NCBI GenBank assembly: GCA_036172245.1
Contig: JAYWIR010000038.1
Span: 992,001-1,056,000 of the forward strand
Length of the DNA: 64,000 bases
Origin: Raillietiella orientalis
Taxonomy: Eukaryota
Direction: 5' to 3'
Of this stretch, positions 60,569 through 64,000 are shown one piece after another. The notes beneath the pieces are model-generated. The model worked only from the letters and a program-made list of their open reading frames with translations, ran no database searches and was not told where the DNA came from. Numbering within the stretch: position 1 is the stretch's first letter; every line of letters starts with the position of its first letter. Both the position numbers and the translations under genes were made by a program.

Positions 60569-62582
60569 TCATATCACATTTTTTGCATTCTTTGACGATA
60601 CTGACTTCCTAGAATTGCATGGATCACTGACTCTACTCCCATTATTAGTGAGCTCAGCTTGCACAGAACATCTGTCTTTAAATCGCTTTACCACTGGAAA
60701 TATAAACTAGCAATACGTTAAGGTATCATGACCTGTTTACCTGCAGAAGTGTCATCAATATCTACTACATTAATACTCGCACTTCCCCCAGCTGCCAAAA
60801 CAAAAGGATCATCAGGAGATAGAGCAAGAGATAACAGAGATCCCAATTTTAGGTCCTTTTGGGCCACAAATGATGGGCTTGGAAGGCAAACATCCCAGAC
60901 TTTCATTATGTTATCGGAGGATGCAGTTATCAAGAGACCATTACACAATCTGCTCAGTTGTAAGCCTAAACAGGCATTTTCATGAGCCTGGAGCATCCAA
61001 ATTTGTGGAGCATTTCTTATATCATAGCAAAACACTGAGCCCTGATCAGTAGACACCAAAAACTGAAAGGGCTGGAACACATTCCAAATCACATGCTCAG
61101 TTTCCAGTCCAGAAAAGTAAGCCCTGGTGGATCTTTGAGGCACCCGTGTGTCATGTAATAGCACATTCCCATCACAGCCACCAGTTAACAATACTGACAT
61201 CTCAAAAGGGTGCCAGCAAATGTCTTGCACTTTGTCAGTGTGACCAGACAGTTGGCTTGTAACAGTCACTGTCTGCAGATCCCATGTTAATGCAGTGTGA
61301 TCAGCAGAGCTACTGGCAAGTTCCAATCTGCTCTTCTGCTTTCAACTGATTAAGTATTTTGCTTTATACAGTACCTGTTGTTGGTGTTCCAGGAAAGTCC
61401 TAGGACTGCATCTTTATGTCCCAAATTGTTCTTCCTCAAAAGGTTCTTTTTACCCAACTGCACTACTGGTTCCTGGCAGTTGATAATATCCATGTCCCAA
61501 ATATCAATAATAGGACTCATACTGCCTATAGCCAGCAAATTTCCTGATTGCAAATATTCTGGATCATGCTGAACAACCTCACAAGTAAGAGGTATTGAAG
61601 GCAGTAACAAGTCATGGTGAACATAGAGTTCCTGCCTCTGTTTGTTGTATACTGAACTCTATGCCTATTGAACAAAAGCTAGACTCACCATATATTTCCA
61701 AAACACTGATATCCTTATCAATGTGGCAAGCAGCAATCAAATTATCATCTGGATAAATATGAATATCATCTTCCTCAGAATCGAAATCCGAATCTGAATC
61801 CATCAAGAGATGGGGGTCATCTTTATCATCCAGGAATACTGCCAAGTTGTCCAAATTCAGCAATGAATCAGTATGCTCTATTGCATGATTAGAAACCATA
61901 TTACTAAATTACATGGTACCTGCATCATCATCATCATCATAAAGGTCTAAAGCATATCGTTTCTCTAGCTCGGAAAATTCTTCAAGTTTCTGTTTTTTCA
62001 TAAATGACTTCTTCCTTTGTTCTTCTGCATGTCTCTTTGGCTTTGATCCCTCATGCATATCCAAATTGTCAACATTTCTGGAAAAGAATAAAATACTCCC
62101 AATTTTTTTTTTTTTTGAAACTGACTCAGCATCCACTTTTGGGTGTTTCAAAAATGCTGCAAGTTCTTCTTTGTTCAGCTCAACCTACAAGTCACAAGAT
62201 AAGGATAAATTTTCATTCACAAGACATACTACCTTAAACAATAACTACCACGATAGCAAAACTTTTAGCACGAATTCATATAAATGATTAAAAGGAAAAC
62301 CGTTGGCATTCATCAAAATCACTACTCACATGAAGACTCTGGCAAGATTGCAATAAAAGTTTTGATGTCTTCTAAATCTATTGTTTAAACATATACGTAA
62401 GCACTACGTACATACATAAACATTTAAAAAATTGAATGTGGGTTCTGATAGTGGCATAACATAGTGTGTTTCCTTTTATACATGCAATGAAACCAGACAA
62501 GCTAAAAAGTGGCTCTTACCTTATGTGGAATTGATGTGGCAATCCCCTTTTGCACCCATGAAATGCAAGAGATACAACTCAT
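60569..62582 (-). CDS. PWP1: Periodic tryptophan protein 1 homolog (WD40 repeat), 7 exons
   Basis: Exons 62582-62520, 62184-62126, 62077-61920, 61877-61689, 61651-61375, 61327-60741 and 60693-60569 splice in frame at GT-AG sites. Motifs: CISWVQKG..P.KVEL.KEE, acidic region, VYN..LYVHHDLLLP, GNLLAIGSM.P.IDIWD.D, GHKDAVL.LSWN, HTDKVQ. Confidence 0.93.
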
Positions 62583-64000
62583 AATCTCTGACAAGAGAAA
62601 ACTAGGAAATAGTATACGATCTACAATTTGACAATGCTTACAGATACAGTTTTTTAATACTACACATTAAGTACAAAATATATGCGATTCCTAATATGTG
62701 TGCATTATGAAAGCACATGCTTTCCTTCTGTACGAATACAGGGTTGCCGCATTCCCATAATTAGTAAAGTAGGAACGTAATTTATAAAAGTCAAAATTGA
62801 ATACTTTTCTATCCGAGTTCAGTTTGATATTCATCATTGATAGAATTTATGAAACTAACTAATAATTTTTACTAATTAAATAAAATAATGAAGTGTGAAA
62901 ACTAAATATAAAAGATGAATTTAAACGAGGATATAAATTCTAAGCGATTATAACTCAGAAACTCTCACTAGTTTATGGCTATTCAAGATTGAATTTTGAA
63001 TACCAGATGCCGAATTCTTCCAAACATATCATAATTTCAAGTATAATGTCTAAGTATATGTGTAATGGGTAAATTCACAAACTGATAGCCACACTGATGC
63101 AACAGAAATGAAAACACCGACAATAAATCTGATACAGTTGCAGAGCATAGTCGAAAGTGCATTTTTTCACAATATTTCAAGGATATATATGAGCAGCATA
63201 TGTTGTGTTATTCTGAATATGAAAAGTTATATGAAATCGTAGATAAATTAGATAAATCCCAACCTGGACGTATCGCTTCATCCTGTGAAAGATTGAAGGT
63301 ACTATCCAGATATGAACGGAACGTCCCAAACCCCTTAGTGAGCAGAACCCAGTGATCGAATGACAAAATCCGGCACGGTGACATTCAGTATAATGGACAC
63401 AGAGCTTGTATGCAAAGACTATGTCTGTATTGAATGAGTAACTGTTCTGATAATGGAATACATGTTGTCATGTATACCAGTTGTTTTTGAATAAATTCAC
63501 CGCACCACTTGTCGGTCCCAGGGACGCTTGTAGATAAACAAGAGTAGAATCAGTTCGTTTTCAATTCTCCAATAGCTAATGAGTAGAATACCGTGAAAAC
63601 TGAAGCTTGTTGTAAAAGCTGTAGTATTTCTACTGAAACGAGAATGGTAGGTTGCTAAGATTTATGCAACTGGAGATAGTTTAAGTTTATTGAAACAAGA
63701 AAACGCTTTTTCCCTTAAAGAAAGAGTATCGGAATAAATTAATTTTGTGTATCCCAACATTTAGATGAATCCTTTATTGGGGGGAAAAAAACATCGAACG
63801 TTTTCTTTTTTTTTTTTTTTTGAAAACTTTTTTGAAACTTCTACATACGTGGCTACTTTAGAGAAAACTGCTGGCTTCACATCCTATTGAATAGCATTAT
63901 CAGTTTGAATTTAAAGCGTTACCGAAGATGCATTAACAAACGATTTTAACTTATAACGGAAGTTTTCCATTTTGATCTGTCTAGTAACTTTTATGTTTCA

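Noticed and set aside
63264..63530. Minus-strand candidate exons, including PGTDKWCG reminiscent of group III phospholipase A2
   Set aside because: The 161-nt frame 63424-63264 is open and AG/GT-bounded, but neighbouring exons could not be joined unambiguously and the catalytic His-Asp pair is absent.
1..64000. CRISPR arrays, rRNA or tRNA genes, prokaryotic operons
   Set aside because: No regularly spaced repeats or recognisable structural RNA genes were seen, and the context is eukaryotic with spliced genes.

Overview
Animal (probably arthropod-like) nuclear DNA with two compartments. Bases ~1-53 kb are GC-rich and packed with repeats. They hold about 13 fragments of one L1/Tx1-like non-LTR retrotransposon family (APE endonuclease + RT + C-terminal Cys/His region), several copies of a second unclassified dispersed repeat and an intronless insect-type AANAT/GNAT gene (6130-6888, minus). 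They also hold a ~1.5 kb AT-rich block carrying a frameshifted J-domain gene that resembles Wolbachia DNA. Bases ~53-64 kb are AT-rich and gene-dense: a decayed MULE transposase fragment, the 3' exons of a synaptotagmin-like gene (TM + C2A + C2B, 5' exons at 45-47 kb), and an intact 7-exon PWP1-like WD40 gene with mostly 37-48 nt introns, convergent with the first and only 29 nt away. The most notable signal is the retroelement 3' end. Two copies are bounded by 14-16 bp target-site duplications that show no poly(A) tail. The element ends in an AATAAA-like signal plus a CCCGG-N5-CCGGG hairpin, and upstream carries a hairpin with a conserved CUGCGU loop whose stem covaries across divergent copies. 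All calls were made by eye without database searches, and repeat boundaries lacking TSDs are approximate.
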